NCBI GenBank assembly: GCA_951406725.2
Contig: OX597818.1
Coordinates: 9,176,001 to 9,240,000 of the forward strand
Direction: 5' to 3'
Length of the DNA: 64,000 nt
Origin: Octopus vulgaris
Taxonomy: Eukaryota
The notes under the pieces were generated by a model. That model saw only the letters and a list, made by a program, of their open reading frames with translations, was not told the DNA's origin and made no database searches. Of the stretch, positions 1 through 15,018 are shown one piece after another. Numbering within the stretch: the first letter of the stretch is position 1; every line of letters starts with the position of its first letter. A program made the translations under genes and the position numbers.

Positions 1-3000
1 AAGTATGAATGATAGAGAACCACTTCATAAACTCTCAAATACAAACCATAATAAAAAACAAATCCAAATTGGCAACTATGTAACAAATGAAATAATACAA
101 GAATTAAAACCTGATTTTACTGAGTTAAATGAAATTATTTACGCTTCTGCTAGGGCAATTGAAACCAGCTGTATGCCCCCGAAAAAAACAAAGAAAACAA
201 AACCTGGGAAGAAATCAAACCTGGAGAAGTAAAATTGAAAAAGAGATTGAATTTATGAGAGGGGAAATATCAATATTAAATGAACTAGTATGTGGAAATG
301 ATGTAAGATCCAGAACAGGAAGAAAGATGAAGAGAAAATTTGGATCCTCACCAAGAGAAGAACTGATATCAATAAAAGAAACGCTGAAACAAAAAGTCCA
401 AGCAAAAGCCCAAAGAATACGAAGATTTGAGAAGAGAAACAAGTTTTACAAGCAAAATAAGCTGTTCACATCCAATGCCAAAAAATTCTACAGAGAAATA
501 GGGAAGGAGAAAGTAACCGTTAAAGACCCCCCTCCCATGGAAGAAGTTCAACACTTTTGGGAAAGGATTTGGAGTGACAAGAAGACGTACAACATAAATG
601 CAGACTGGATTATACAAACTGAAGGATCCTACCAAAATTTACAACAAGAAGCATGGGAAGACATCACAATAGCAGACCTAAGAAAGGCACTCACGAAGGC
701 CCATAATTGGAAATCCCCGGTAAAGATAGGGTGCCGAATTTCTGGCTCGCATCGCTCCCGTGCGCACACGGCAAGCTAGTTCAGCTGCTCAATGGAATTT
801 TGAGAGACCCAAAGAAAACACCTGAATGGTTAGCAAGTGGCATTACTTACCTACTCCCAAAGAATAACGAAACCAACCTTCCAAAAAACTATCGGCCTAT
901 AACCAGTCTATCCACCACGTATAAAATCCTAACATCTATCCTGGCGGAGAAAACATATGCATTCATGGAGAAGAACGATATTTTCCCCATTGAACAAAAA
1001 GGGTGCCGCCGAGGCTCTTACGGATGCAAAGATCAACTGCTAATCAATCGTATGATCCTTGAGAACTGTCACAACAAGCGCAGAAATCTCAGCACCGCAT
1101 GGATTGACTATAAAAAGGCCTTCGACAGTATACCGCATCCATGGATCTTGAGATCGCTGGACATCTTTAAAATTTCCCCTGTGATTTCAAACTTCCTGAA
1201 GCACAATATGTCGTTGTGGAATACGAATCTCCAATTATACCACTCTAATGGAGTACTTGCCTCAGAAAATATAAACATCAACTGTGGAATTTTTCAAGGT
1301 GACTCACTTTCACCTTTAATATTCTGCATAGCCCTAATACCCCTTACAAGTGAATTAAGCAGAACAGGGTATGGGTATAAAATTGCCAATAAAAAAATAA
1401 GCCATCTATTTTATATGGATGACTTAAAACTTTATGGTAAAGACAATAATGAACTTGAAGGCCTATTGCGCACCGTGAAAGCATTCAGCGATGACATCGG
1501 GATGGAGTTTGGACTTGAGAAGTGTGCCAAGGCCACTTTCCAGAAAGGGAAAGTGAAGACCACAAATTCAGTCGTGTTAGATGTTGACACAGTCATAAGA
1601 GAGCTTGAGCAAGAACAGACATACAAATATTTAGGGATAAATGAAGGCTCTGGTATTCAGCATGCAAGCATGAAAGAGAAAATCAGGAAGGAATGTTATA
1701 GGAGAGTTCGTGCAGTCCTGAAATCTGAACTAAATGCACGTAACAAGGTGTTAGCTATAAATTCCTTAGCAGTTCCAGTTACTTATAGCTACAATGTGTT
1801 GAACTGGAATATGAGTGAAGTAAAGAATATAGATAGAAAAATACGCAAGCTGCTGAGTTGTAATAGGATGCACCACCCAAAGGCAGACGTAGATCGCCTT
1901 TACATTCCCAGAGCCCAAGGAGGTCGAGGCCTGATCCAATTTGAACTGGCTTACAAAACAACCACAATTGGACTGGCCAAATATCTCAAAATATCGAATG
2001 ACTGGATGCTAAAGCTCGTGGAAAATAACGAGAGACGAAAGAAGCTTCATTCTATCATCAAGGAAAGCAAAAAATTTGCTATTGATCTCGTGCAGGATAC
2101 CCAAACTGAACAACCCGAGGGAAGTACGGCAACTATTGTTGCAAAGAAGGTGAAAATGATGGCAATGAAAAAAGCGCACGAGCAATTGGCTGATAGGTGG
2201 GAGGAGAAACCTCTGCACGGCAAATATGTGACCCGCAGCAAACAAGCTGATGTTGACCAGAAGCAAACCCATCAGTGGCTGCGGAGCTCAGGGCTAAAAG
2301 CAGAGAGCGAAGGTTTCATCCTGGCTGCTCAAGACCAAAGCCTATTAACCCGGAACTACCAGGCCAATGTGATGAAAAATGGAGCAGACCCAAAATGCCG
2401 ATTCTGCAACGACATGATTGAAACAGTGGACCACCTAATCTCTGGATGTAAAGTCTTAGCACCAGTGGAGTATAAATTAAGACATGACAGAGTTGGCCAA
2501 TATCTCCACTGGCTAATAAGTCGGCATTACAATATCAAAACTGCCGACAAGTGGTATAATCACCACCCTGAGGCTGTAACTGAAGGAGAAAATGTAACCA
2601 TTCTGTGGGACTTTCCAGTACATACAGACCGAACCATCAAGGCCAATAAACCAGATATTGTTGTGAAAGACCAAAACAATAAAGTTTGCTTATTGATCGA
2701 CATGAGCATCCCCTGTGATCATAATATCTCAGCGAAAGAGTTTGACAAGCTCAGAAAATATAAAGACCTACTCATTGAAATTGAGAAAATGTGGCATCTC
2801 AAGGCGGTTACAATACCAATGATCGTAGGAGCACTAGGAATGATCAAGAAGGGAACAGAAAATTATATGAGAATGATCCCTGACTTACCATCCCTGCAAG
2901 AAGTGCAAAAGATTGTCTTAACTGGTACATCACACGTATTGAGAAGAGCATTGTCGATGTGAGAACTGTTGCTGCTCATGTATTTTAATTTAACTTTAAA

Positions 3001-3139
3001 AAAAAAAAAAAAAAAAATGAACGAACTACTGAGTTTGCTTTAATGGCCTACCAATATACACTATGAGTTTCTTTGCCCTAGGAGTCGGGAAGACACTCGG
3101 CAAGAAATGGAGGAAAATTTGAAAGAAGAAAAAAAAAGC

Positions 3140-3140
<1 letters not shown>
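1..3140 (+). mobile_element. R4/Dong-clade non-LTR retrotransposon (5' part outside window), ending in a (TAA)n array
   Basis: RT motifs (NYRPIT, WIDYKKAFDS, GIFQGDSLSP, LFYMDDLKL), CCHC knuckle (CRFC...DHLISGC) and PD-(D/E)xK RLE (KPDIVV...LIDMSIP...KY). A ~180-nt 3' UTR is followed by (TAA)n, the known Dong target type. Confidence 0.93.
5..2962 (+). pseudogene. Dong/R4 polyprotein (RT-CCHC-RLE) broken by two apparent frameshifts (~180-215 and ~715-720)
   Basis: ORFs 5..232, 129..779 and 707..2962 join into one protein. WKSP|GKDRVPNFW is split at the CCCC run 715-718. Confidence 0.88.
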
Positions 3141-3201
<61 letters not shown>

Positions 3202-3232
3202 TGATGATGATAATAATAATAATAATAATAAT

Positions 3233-3303
<71 letters not shown>

Positions 3304-3330
3304 CAACAACAACAACACCAATACTAATAA
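3140..3330 (+). repeat. (TAA)n microsatellite with GAT/CAA variants; Dong target/tail
   Basis: Direct reading. Confidence 0.97.
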
Positions 3331-3606
3331 GTGAATCTCATGGCTTCTGATCTTAGTTGATTGGGTTTGTTATAATGTACATGTTTTGTCTTGGTATAAA
3401 AGATGGACTGCAGTAAATATTCTGCTCAATACCACAGATTTGCTTGTCAGTTGTTTAACCTTAACCAGTGTGTCCCTTAGTGGCTGACGACATGTATATT
3501 CTCTAATTACGAGCAGAAGTAGCGGGGGTAGTCTTAATGGCTATACTAGGCCTCGGTTATTTATACACCAGTGTCATTTTCATGGTATGCACTACTCTCT
3601 CACTCC
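3331..3606 (+). mobile_element. Internally deleted copy of the ~540-bp TAA-associated non-autonomous element
   Basis: Matches 61219-61766 (tctcatggcttctgatctta...ctctctcactc) and is followed by (TAA)n. Confidence 0.8.
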
Positions 3607-3621
3607 ATAATAATAATAATG

Positions 3622-3800
3622 GTTTCCTATTTTTGGTTAAGGCCAGCAATTTTGTGAGAGGGTTAAGTTTATTTTATCGACATCGCTCCTCAACTGGTAG
3701 TTATTTTATAAACACCGAAATGATGAAAAGCAAAGTCGACCTCGACGGAAGTTGATCCCAGAACCTATAGACGAATTCGATATCCTTTGTGCGGCATATT
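3622..3800 (-). mobile_element. Degenerate SINE family A (Nin/Deu-like core)
   Basis: gatgaaaagcaaagtcgacctcgacggaagttga is the reverse complement of the family A core. Confidence 0.6.
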
Positions 3801-6800
3801 AACTGCTTTTCCTACTCGGCAACGGACTTCATATCTGGGGGAAATGTTAAACAATATAACTTATTTTGTTGTTTATTCCCTAACGTATCCTGTTAGAGAG
3901 AACTTCTTGTCAAAAGTGTTACAGCAGTGACTATCTCATCGTTTTTATTTCAGAAAACAATGTGAAAGAAACCAATGTAACATTGTACGAATTTGTGGGA
4001 GCTTCTTATATGCCGAGACACTACTTAGAGACTCCTTTCCGATTTATTTATCTGTTTATTTGTGTAGAGTGTCGTTCATTAAAAACTCTACATGGATGCA
4101 TGAAAGCTATTCTAGTTTTATATTATTTCTATTATATTTTGCCAGCGCAGAATATTTCTAGTTCCCTGATTTACAATACTATTTGATTAGATTGATGAAC
4201 TGGTTGTGTTTATATGTGGTGCATCTCTTTAGATGAGATATTAATCTCCCCGCTCGCAGATCGTAAAATGAAATCCTCTATAGATAAATTTGTTGTGTAT
4301 GTTCTCAAGAGACCCTATAGAATATCTTAGTTTCGTGATCCTGTCAAATATAGATTCAGTACATCTTCTGAGAAACGCTCAATAGGAGTAAAACACTTAG
4401 TAATGCTTATCACATAATGATATAATTGAATCTATTTAAAATCAACGTGATGTTAACCTGCTTTTCAAAATAGCAAAATCTCACGAAGATCAAATCCAAT
4501 CGATTTCTTTAAAGAATGATCCATTCATCATCACAGAGACTAATATTCAATCATAATGATCACGGCGAGAGAATATTAGGTAGCTTATTTATTCATTTAG
4601 GACTAAACAACAGCAGCACTGTTAAACCTACTATAATAATGCGTACGGTAAATAGACATAATTCATGGAAGTCTTAGCTGACGATATCTACTCTTGATAA
4701 TAACTGCCCGACATTACTGAATGCGTCATTGAATAGAATTCTATCGTACGTTGTTAAATGCTGAGAGGTTCTAATTAGAGCAGGGATTCGTGTTTAACAA
4801 AAAGGCCAAGTAAGACCAATAGGGAAGTTGTTGTGGTGCTAAGCATTGCATATTGAGTTATCCGGATTTCGAACACCAGACTTTGACTTTATAGTGCTTA
4901 CATTGTAGTGGTCTACCAGCAACTGCCCCTACAATGTAAGTGTATCCTGAATTTGTTTAAAACTATGCTAAAATATTTAACATATCCATGGACACAGATA
5001 CTACACAGTATAAATGATGAAATGTTAAAGAGCGTCAAGCCTTAATATGACATATAACACAACAGCAAATAATTTCACAATAGGATAACTTGTTTAAGCA
5101 GAAAAATCCTTATGAAAAATTGATAGAAAGCTTGTTATATACATGACATCGGTGTGTTTCAGCACCACTTTACAATATATTGCGAGGAAGCAATACAATT
5201 GCTTTTAGAGCATAATGGACATGTTGTAAAAATTAAAACTGTTTAACAACTTTTCTCTCGAGCTTGCTATATCATAGAAGAGAATGTTCTCGAGTATTAT
5301 CCTTTTTTATAATTTCTTTCTTTCTTACATATTAAATTATTAGTCCTTTATTTTTAGTATATAAGAATATAGTTAGGTAATCCAATAATACACTGTAGAT
5401 ATAGGAACGCTAGTATTTCTAACTAAATGTAAAGGACTAATAAAAATATGAATAATATACGTGTGTGTGTGCGTACGTGCGTGTGTGTGTGTGTGAGTGT
5501 GTGTGTGTGTGAGTGTGAGTGTGTGTGTGTGTGAAAGATCCATTGGTTAGAGGTTACGATTTTGGGTTTCCTACATAGTGGTCAGAGACACTATAGAATA
5601 TCGTTGTTTCGTGATCCTGACAAATAATTGACGTTGCTCAAGTCCGATCAGCAGAAAATTATCCTAACTTTCTGAATCATATTCTCTGTTCTGCACCTCC
5701 CCCACCAATGACTTTCACATTACAAATTAATCAACCAGTGCCAAGTGATATATTCTTGAATGCAATAAAGTAGATATTTAAATCAGAGTCAATGTATAAA
5801 TAAATAAATGAATACATTGACAACATATTGAACAAGAAAATTAATAAACAAACAAAGATTGAAGCAAGCAAGTAAATTTGGATATAAATAAATGTCTGAA
5901 ATGTTTCCAAATCCTATTCTGACTTTTACAAAATCAAAACCGAGACAAAAAAGATAAAAAGGTAAAAATGAAGAGGAAGAAAACCAAAACATGTTCCCCT
6001 CATTGGCTAAAGCCAAAATTATATGAGATATTATCTAGGATTTTCAAAATCATTTTCTGTCCAACTTGGCAAAAATCCCAGCATTAGTTATTCTGTTTTT
6101 AAGATCATTATCTACGATGTTTCTTTCCTTACCTGACACGACAAATTCAACTAAACTTTTGTTCTTAGCAGTATTTCAGTTTTGTCACAGACTATTTCAA
6201 AACAGTTATTATCGATTCTACAATTAAAAAGCTTTCTCGAAAGATTAGAGAATGTTAGTTTTGGACGAAATACAATAAATGTTTTCTTGTTGGCTATGGA
6301 AGCAAATTACTGATGGTCAAAATTCCTGCAAGGAATATTTACAATAAAATACAGTCTCATCATACAACAAGTAAACATATATAAATAAAAAAATATTTTT
6401 CTAAACGCCACTGAGTTTCCGACCAGACGTCTCGCTGGTCGTGAAATGACCTTAATTTACAGATTCTTTCAAGAACCGGTGTTGTTTGTAAGTATTCTCG
6501 ACGTATATTTAGAGCTATCACTTTTGTTATTACTAAGATATGCCAATGAAATTTTCAAATGCACATGAATTATATATTTGCATATACATAGATACATACA
6601 TATACACACGCACACACACCTACGCACACACACATACACACATATGTTTATGTGTTTGTATGTAGAATGCATATATATATATATATATACACACGCACAC
6701 AAATTTATCTATTTATATCTATATTTATATATGTATGGACATGTGTGTATGCGTGTGTGTAGACGCACACGGTTACCTACATTTAGGAATATATGCTTGT

Positions 6801-8829
6801 ATTTATGAGTATTTCTATAATATATATTTATACATGTTATTCTGAATGAATTCAAGTATCTATATGTTCTAAGCATATCTTAAATAGCTCTCAGGAATCC
6901 GCACACTCTTCTTCCAGATATATACCTACATATATGGTCAAACGCACTCATATATTTTATAGATACATATGTGTATGTGTGTATGTTTCTCTGTGTGTGT
7001 ATGTGTATATATGTTTCTCTCTCTCTCTCTCTTTCCCTCTTTGCATGCGTATATGCGTGCGTGTATGCGTGTGTGCGTACGTGTGTGTGTGTATGTGAGT
7101 GTGTGTGTGCGTGTGTGTGCATCTTCAAAGAGTTGATCTTCAGAATAAAGAATAAAGACTGTGTGTAGAATGGAGCAGTTGCATCAAACGTTATATGCAA
7201 TGTAAGAGATGGATCGCTGCAGGGCCCGTAGCTGTTTGAAAAGAAACTTTGGTAATATCACATAATTGAAATAATTACAATAATTATCAAGTAATCTAAT
7301 ATAATAATATCCCTAAAATTACCTTTTATCCTTCAACTTGGCAACTTTAATCTTGTAGGAGAAAGTTAATAGAGGAGTGCAATAAAACTTGGTCCAATCC
7401 ACTTAGAGCTTAGAATACACTTTTACTTCTTTCTTCTTTCCTTTATCTTTCCAGTTTCTCAGCGGAATTAAGATACTGTAGAAAAAAATTCTTCCTATGT
7501 GGACATATTCTATTTTTCATATCGTTGTGTCATCTCTTTCTTTCTGTTCGCGGCATAGTGAAAACGTTCTGTATAATAGACATATATGCACAATGTATGT
7601 ATACTGTATTACATAATATCTTGACATATTTGTCTCTATAGCACAGTTACTTTTCTGCATAAATGGGATTTGCAGTTGAGATAGAGTTCTGCAGATGAAA
7701 TCATATGACCGGCTTTACCTGATGCAATAGGAAAATTATTTATTGCAAAATAACACAGTTGAGTTTCCTGCACAATATATACTTTTCCATTAATACATAT
7801 ACTTTTCCAAATGTTTCTAAAGTATTAAATAAATTAGATACAAACCTTGTAATTCATAACATCGTATATAAACATTTATTCATATCTATATGAGGGTGGT
7901 TGATTAAATTTTACTAAAAAAAAAATATATCACAATGGTCTTCTGAGCTAAGATTCCAATATGTTCTCCACTCAATATCTTGATTTAACTATAGATACTA
8001 TATATAGTGTACTCCTATGTCATCAGATTAGATGCTTTGTTGACAGTGTGTCTATTACAAAAATTACCTATACTTTAAATCACTTACAAATATCATCTAT
8101 TCTTCAAATGTCTTCTTAACTCTGAACATGATCAATTTTCCAGTGTTCAGTCCAAGAACCTGTACGGTATAATTCAGACGATACTTTTTGTGTTTATATT
8201 CAATTTTATGTCAAAAAATACGGCTGATGTGTAAAATGTTTAGAAAAGCCTTCATTCGTCTTTTATACGTCTCACTCTGTCACCATTCAATCCGCTACCA
8301 TTTATTGGCTATATTATTTTCATATGTCAATCTGTATTCATGGGTTGGACATTGTGCAAATTCTGATGCTTAGATTTTTCCAAAATAGAATTGATTCATT
8401 GGATTACATGTTACTATAAAATCATCACCTATTTTTAATTCCGTAAATTGTCAGATATTATCTCATTGCCAGGCATGCATTATGGGCCCTTTGCAAAGTT
8501 AAAGCTGATAATGATATCGTTAATTTTAAGTAATTATTAATGTATTTTTATTATTACTTTAGAATGAATAAATGATGTTGTAATATACTTTAATCTGAGA
8601 GACCTCCCGCAATTTCTTAGATCATTATATACAATTTATACTTTTTGTAACTTGGTGAGTGTACGAGTAGAAGTCAATGACACTCGTAATCCGAATGGGA
8701 TAATCTGAAAATAATCCACTGATTCTTGCTGCACCGGCACTTTTGTTAGCATCTGTTCCACAATCATCATTTCCAAAAACACTAACGCGTCTAATGAAAT
8801 CATTTTGTCTCACCTCCAGATAGCTCCTA

Positions 8830-9625
8830 AGTTCTGTTCGGCGGATCTACTTATTTGCTATGCCGTCAATATATCCAAGAATGCATCGCTGTCACACCAT
8901 TCACTCTGGAACAGCTAGATTCTTCACCATACAATTCACTTCTACCATTTTACAACATATATTAAACTTCAAGAATTCTTTGTTTCCATGGATCGACCGA
9001 AATTCAATGTTGTTATATTTTCTACAATAGTATCAGTTTCCATTTCTTTCCATTTCATCTCAGCTTCACGTCAACCTCCCTCTGCGCACGGCAAAATCTC
9101 CCAACGTCTGGTACGTCACTTCACACAACGCTGATGCATCTTAATTAAACGGAGATACCCATATGTGCATCCGAGAATTGGGCTCATCTCTTACCTCTTA
9201 CGCATGTCCACCTCATAATACAGTCGCTTCACTTCGTGCCCCGCCATATTATATCATCTACACTCCCAAATCCTCCATTCCGTTCCGCCACTTCTTCGCT
9301 GCTCAAACTCCCGTGCCGTCTGTGTGACTTACTGGTCTGCAACTCCTCACATTCACATCACATCCTGGCAGATGCTGTAATTGATCAACTCTGCGTTTCA
9401 CAACCTCTCGATTTGCCTTCAACCCCATCGAGCTTCCACTTAGCGCATCTATCCATTCCTTACGCACTTTTGTTCCATTATATTCTTCCTATGCATCCAT
9501 ATATGAGCAAAAGTGAGCAGAGACTAGTTGATAGATTTAGTGACTGCTTTGAGACCTCCTTTAGGATCCTCCCATCTGCCTCTATACCAGAGCAACACAT
9601 TCCAACACAACTTTGTCACTACCAT
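8830..9625 (-). mobile_element. Probable heavily decayed LINE fragment
   Basis: GC-richer block with coding-like composition on the minus strand but no intact motif. Confidence 0.3.
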
Positions 9626-11139
9626 TGAGTTATACCACTTCTCCGATACCCAGTTTCAGAAGTAAATAATAGTTCATTAAAAACAATCTGTAAAGAATGT
9701 ATAAACGTAAACGTCGCAACATCTATGCCCAGAATACACAAAGTATACATATACATATCCATGCGTAGATGACATACAAACACGCACACACACAGATGCA
9801 CACACAAACACACACATACAAACGCACATACACACACACGACGCGTTTATTCGGCATTTCCTTTTTATTGTCACTTTCTGACTGTCTAACATTTTCGCCA
9901 GTTTAATAATTCTGCCCCAACGATCATTTTGCAGTATTCCACGCATCCTTACTACACATACACTCTCCACGAAGACTGCAAAATTTCTGGTCTTCTATTA
10001 CTTCCAGATATATTTCCTGCCGTCCTTCGTTCATTTTGGCTCTGGAATAAGGCCGGTTACAGCAGTTGTTGCGTATACCAGAGGTCAATTATAGAAAATA
10101 ATAATTGATGCTCCTGAATTTATTGCCTTGCTTACGTCTACGCGAACACAGTCCGGCTGAAATTAATCGACAACAATAATACCATCGTCGCAAAATTTCA
10201 GACTCAGACCTTCAACTGAGCAAAATTAGTTATTTACAATCAAAGTTATTCAAATCGACCTACCAAACTCACGAATTTAAGACGCTGTCTTTATTGTAGC
10301 AATCAGTTGATATTGATTACTATTTACAGTATTAATTATTTACAGTTAATTAGGTGGAATATTACAACATTAGCTATTTAGGGATAGTTGGTCGTAGTAT
10401 CAAACACTGGTAGCTGTATTTTAGAAGACAGTTGGAGTGACTTACAAAATGCATTGTGACATATTTTCATTTTGTTTGTATTCGTAACAACTCTTGCTGA
10501 TGTCAAGTTTGATTTCATACTTCCGAAGTCGATATAATATGAGTGCCATTACTGTGGGTGGAATGGTAGAAATATATGAGCGCTAGACCACACTGTCTCT
10601 CTTGCGTTTCGTATGTTCTGAGTGCTGATGTAGGTGTGGTAAACTTGCTTGTAACCATCCAATATCATGGTGTCGTGTGAAAAGTACGTATAGGATGGCA
10701 ACAAGATATTACCTCTTTGTAATTTTATGGAAATTTTATGAAAAATAAACAGCGCTTTCCAAGCAATTCGCTTCGTTTGTTAAAGTGATGGAGCTGACAG
10801 TTAAGAATCTGTGCATTACTAATAATGGGATACAAATAGACCGATGATTCATTAAATGGGAGAGGATAAACTGAACGACCCACCCCATTGCATTCTATGA
10901 CACTGATTCAAAATTGCTAAACAATAGAGGCTAAATTTTCGATTCCTAGTGGCAACTACGATAAACGAAGGAAGGTCATATGAGCGATTATTTGACAACA
11001 AATAATATGTTCTCAGAAATATGTAAACTATGAAACGAGCAAGGTTTTGAAGTTATTTCAAACAGTTAGTGCGAAAAAAAGGAGTATTAATGTATGAGTT
11101 CGTGTTAGGAGATTTGAGACAAAATTTGTGATATTGCTT

Positions 11140-11279
11140 AGGACTGAAGACTACTTAGTCGAATGTATCGACCCTAGTACTTACTACTGGTACTTATACT
11201 ATCCGCCTCTTATGCCAAATCACTAAGCTACAAGTGACACATTTGAAGGGGTTGTGGCGGTGGGGTGACAACCACAATG

Positions 11280-11312
<33 letters not shown>

Positions 11313-11472
11313 AATATATACGATGGACTTCTTTCTAATTCTTTCCGCAGTATTCACTCATAAGGCTTTGGTCAGCCCGAAGCCATAATAGAAGATATCG
11401 GCACAAGGTGCTACGTAATGGAACTGAACCATAAAGACTGTGGTTAAGAATCAATCACTTTCCACACAGGTC
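11140..11472 (-). mobile_element. SINE family B (tRNA-like head, internal (TG)n)
   Basis: Reverse-complement similarity to 56788-57259 (aaggctttggtcagcccgaagc..., cacaaggtgc...ggaactgaacc). Confidence 0.7.
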
Positions 11473-12281
11473 ACTTCTGGGCCTATGTCTGAATATTTAA
11501 ATGAAAGGAAAACATTAATCTTGTTTTTTTTCCTTTTAGAGAGTAAATATTTGGCTCAAATATTATTATGGCTTTGGTTAAGGTGTTGGGTTGACACAAT
11601 CATTGCTATACCGGATGCACTGCTTGGCAGAAGTTTATCCGTCTCTATGTTCTCAGTTAAAATTCCGTTAAGGTCGACTTTGCCGTTCAGATGTTCGGGA
11701 TCGTTAAGATAAGTCGTATTTCAGCACGAGTCGATGTTATCCATTTTCCTTCCCCTCATAATTGCTGGCGTAGTGCCAAGATGTTTCAAAAATGATGACT
11801 TTGGTTTGTTGTGTAACTTTTATGAGCATTCCTTATTTCATTCCCTATTTCAACAAATACTTCAAATGTAACTAACTACGTATCCTCGGAATTATGGAAC
11901 CATGCTGTGATCTAGCTAATGACATCAGCTGACATACTCAATCAACATTCTCTGATCGTTGAACTTGCTAAATCCGCTATAAATAACAGCTGTCTCACAC
12001 CCTCGGGGAATCCTCTTTTTCACCAGGCGATACGTAGATCATCTGAAAACAAGTACATTTTGAATGATGTTTTGCATACTTCAAGTCTGGGAATGAATGC
12101 AGTAGTCAGAGCACGATTAGTGTATTAGAAAACACAATCATTGGCTCTAGCAACTATTCTTGACTTTATGTGGATAAGTAGCGATTATAACGTTGTTGCT
12201 ATTCTTCGCCAGAACTACAACGATTAAGCAGACTTATGTTCAAAACTCTGCCAGCTCTTACAGCCCTATCAATTCAAGCAT

Positions 12282-12313
<32 letters not shown>

Positions 12314-12831
12314 GGTCTAATGCATCCAGAGCACTATCGTCCTTCTTTTATAATTCTAGACACGACGGCTCTCCGCACTGGACGTTAATGCAAAGCAGGT
12401 AGGGCGAACAATTAGTTTCGCGTCGTGTCCTTTGTAGTTTAACCACGCATTGTCGCACGTCGTTTTTGTTTTCTGCTGTAGTCAATAGAACATAGAGATA
12501 TAATTATCTAGATCAGTATCACCCTAAAGAATGTAAATTAACTTTGAGAGATTGATGTTTAATCTATCTTTGAAGGTCGCTAACAATTGCCGCTAGGTAT
12601 TTGTTTTCTTTTCTCAATTCTGCAATTAATTAAGAGATTCTTTTCGTATATATAGCTTCCAGTGCATCACCCTTTAACCTATAATTATTAAGTGCTCTGT
12701 TGGCAATTTTATGGCAAATGTTTTTCAGTAAAGTAAAACCAATAGCCATTGCAATACAAACGTTACTACCACCACCACCGCGGCCATCCTCATCAACAAC
12801 TACAGCAACAGCAGCAGCAGAAGAAGAAAAG

Positions 12832-12924
<93 letters not shown>

Positions 12925-14413
12925 TTCGGAGCAGTAGCATTACCAAGAAATGCAGTAACAACAACTACACAAAGGTGGAAAGCTGCAAGCTGGCAATACT
13001 CCAGCCTCGACACTGTAGCAAAGGCAATAATTAAATTTGTTTCAATGCATCAGTTGAAACTGCTCATGTAGAAATATAACAAATGTTGGCTTGAATCGCA
13101 GCCTTAAGCGAACATCGCATTGAAAAGTCTCACATTATTCAAATTTCGTTGCTTGCTATGACAACTGGAACCTCTGCAAAATCACGTGATATGCTAGAAG
13201 TAACAGCCAGATCGCAATCAATGTCATATCCTACAGTCTTATAGAAAATCAGTACTACTCGGTAATGTAGAATATGATATACCTATTTTTAATAAGAATG
13301 GGACTGAATGATTACTGTTGGAACATTATTGAGCATTATCCAACCCTTGGGCTGAGCTAATGTTCGAAAAATTAACTTTTCTCCCCAGATTCACACTCCT
13401 ATACATTAACAACTTATTGACTACGAGAACAACACCTGCGCAGGTTAGACCAACACTTGTTTCTCCCTCTCCTTACGGCGCCCGCCACTGTCAGCATGGA
13501 GTATAGACATCGGCGGATCTTTTCAGTTGCTTAAGGAAACCACCTACATCAACATCACCGACATCAGAAAATGTACAAACTTCATGGACATTTTACTTTC
13601 ATCCAGACCAAGTTATTAAAAACAGAAAAAAAGAACAATGCTAGGATTTTTGTATTTCAGTTGTTTCTCATTTTATCTTATCAATGTCACAACACAGTCT
13701 ACTTAGGACACAGCTTGCTCCTATCGTAACAAAACCGTTGTTATAGCTACCGTCACTCTCTTCACCATCATTACCCTTACCGCAACAATACTTCGCATCA
13801 CTACTTTGACTATCATTTGCACTACCACTGTCATAGTCAACACTATCATGTATATCATCAATACGACCACCATCGTCATTATTATCATAATAACCACAAA
13901 GAACACCACCACTACTATTTCACCAAAATCACCTCTGCGATAACAGTCATTATCTGCATCGTCTTCATCAATCTATTATCAGTCATGCCCCAACATAACC
14001 GTAACAATTATACATACATACATATATATGCAATGCTTTTCCAGAACAATATTTATTAGATAAAATGAGACACAGTTATAACCTTCGGGAATCTACTGCT
14101 ATTGACTATTGTAGTTATGAAAGTAATTATGATGGTGGCGTACTTGAGACGATGATAGTGATGAATTTGGTGCTAATACTTAGTTGTAGTGGCGGTGGTA
14201 CTGGTGGTTATGGTGGTATTTGATTCAATTTTGATTGAGCAGCCTTTTGATTACATGATTTCTAATCTTGTCCATCTTTGTTTCCAACATTATATATATT
14301 ATTTTTATATTCGATTAGAGGTTGTGTTGACATCATTAAGGGATGATTTCGTCCAACGAAATACTGGTTCAGTATCTAGAATTTTGATGTAATTAGTTTT
14401 CTTAAAATAATAC

Positions 14414-14414
<1 letters not shown>

Positions 14415-14488
<74 letters not shown>
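14415..14488. repeat. (TA)n microsatellite, left flank of the hammerhead element
   Basis: Direct reading. Confidence 0.97.
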
Positions 14489-14493
<5 letters not shown>

Positions 14494-14953
14494 ATATAAA
14501 ATTAATTAAGGGTAGAAATTGATATTTATCAATTAAGACCAGTGGTCCAGCATATTAAAAAAGAATCCGAAGATTAAAATATTTATATATACCAATTAAG
14601 GACTGAACACGAAAAGTGGACAGTCAACATGCTAGATATAGACGTCAAATCGTCATTCACCACAAAAGATTATGTTCTCAGATCAAACTCAACACAAAAC
14701 CATAGCAATAAACAAGTGAAAAATATACGAAATAAAATAATTACCCATGTACTAACTTAGTTTCAGCTGTATGTTCTCTAACCGATAAATTAACTGCTGC
14801 TAATTATTAGCTGCAGGCTAGTTTTCTCGGGTTTCAACGCGCCAAAGTAAAGGCATTTGAAAGATATATTCAAATGTAATAGGCTGAACTCCATGCACGC
14901 GATATTTCGGTATCGTGTTTGCATCTAGTCCAGCAAATTACATTTATAACAGA

Positions 14954-15018
14954 CCATGCTGATGATGGCTGCAGTTTTCCTTGCGGAAAATAACAGCTGA
15001 AACTAAGTTAGTACATGG
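14954..15018 (+). ncRNA. Type I hammerhead ribozyme (C3-G8 core), copy 1
   Basis: ccatg-CTGATGA-t-ggctg...cagct-GAAA-ctaagttag-TA-catgg. Stems I, II and III all pair; predicted GUA cleavage after 15013. Confidence 0.88.
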
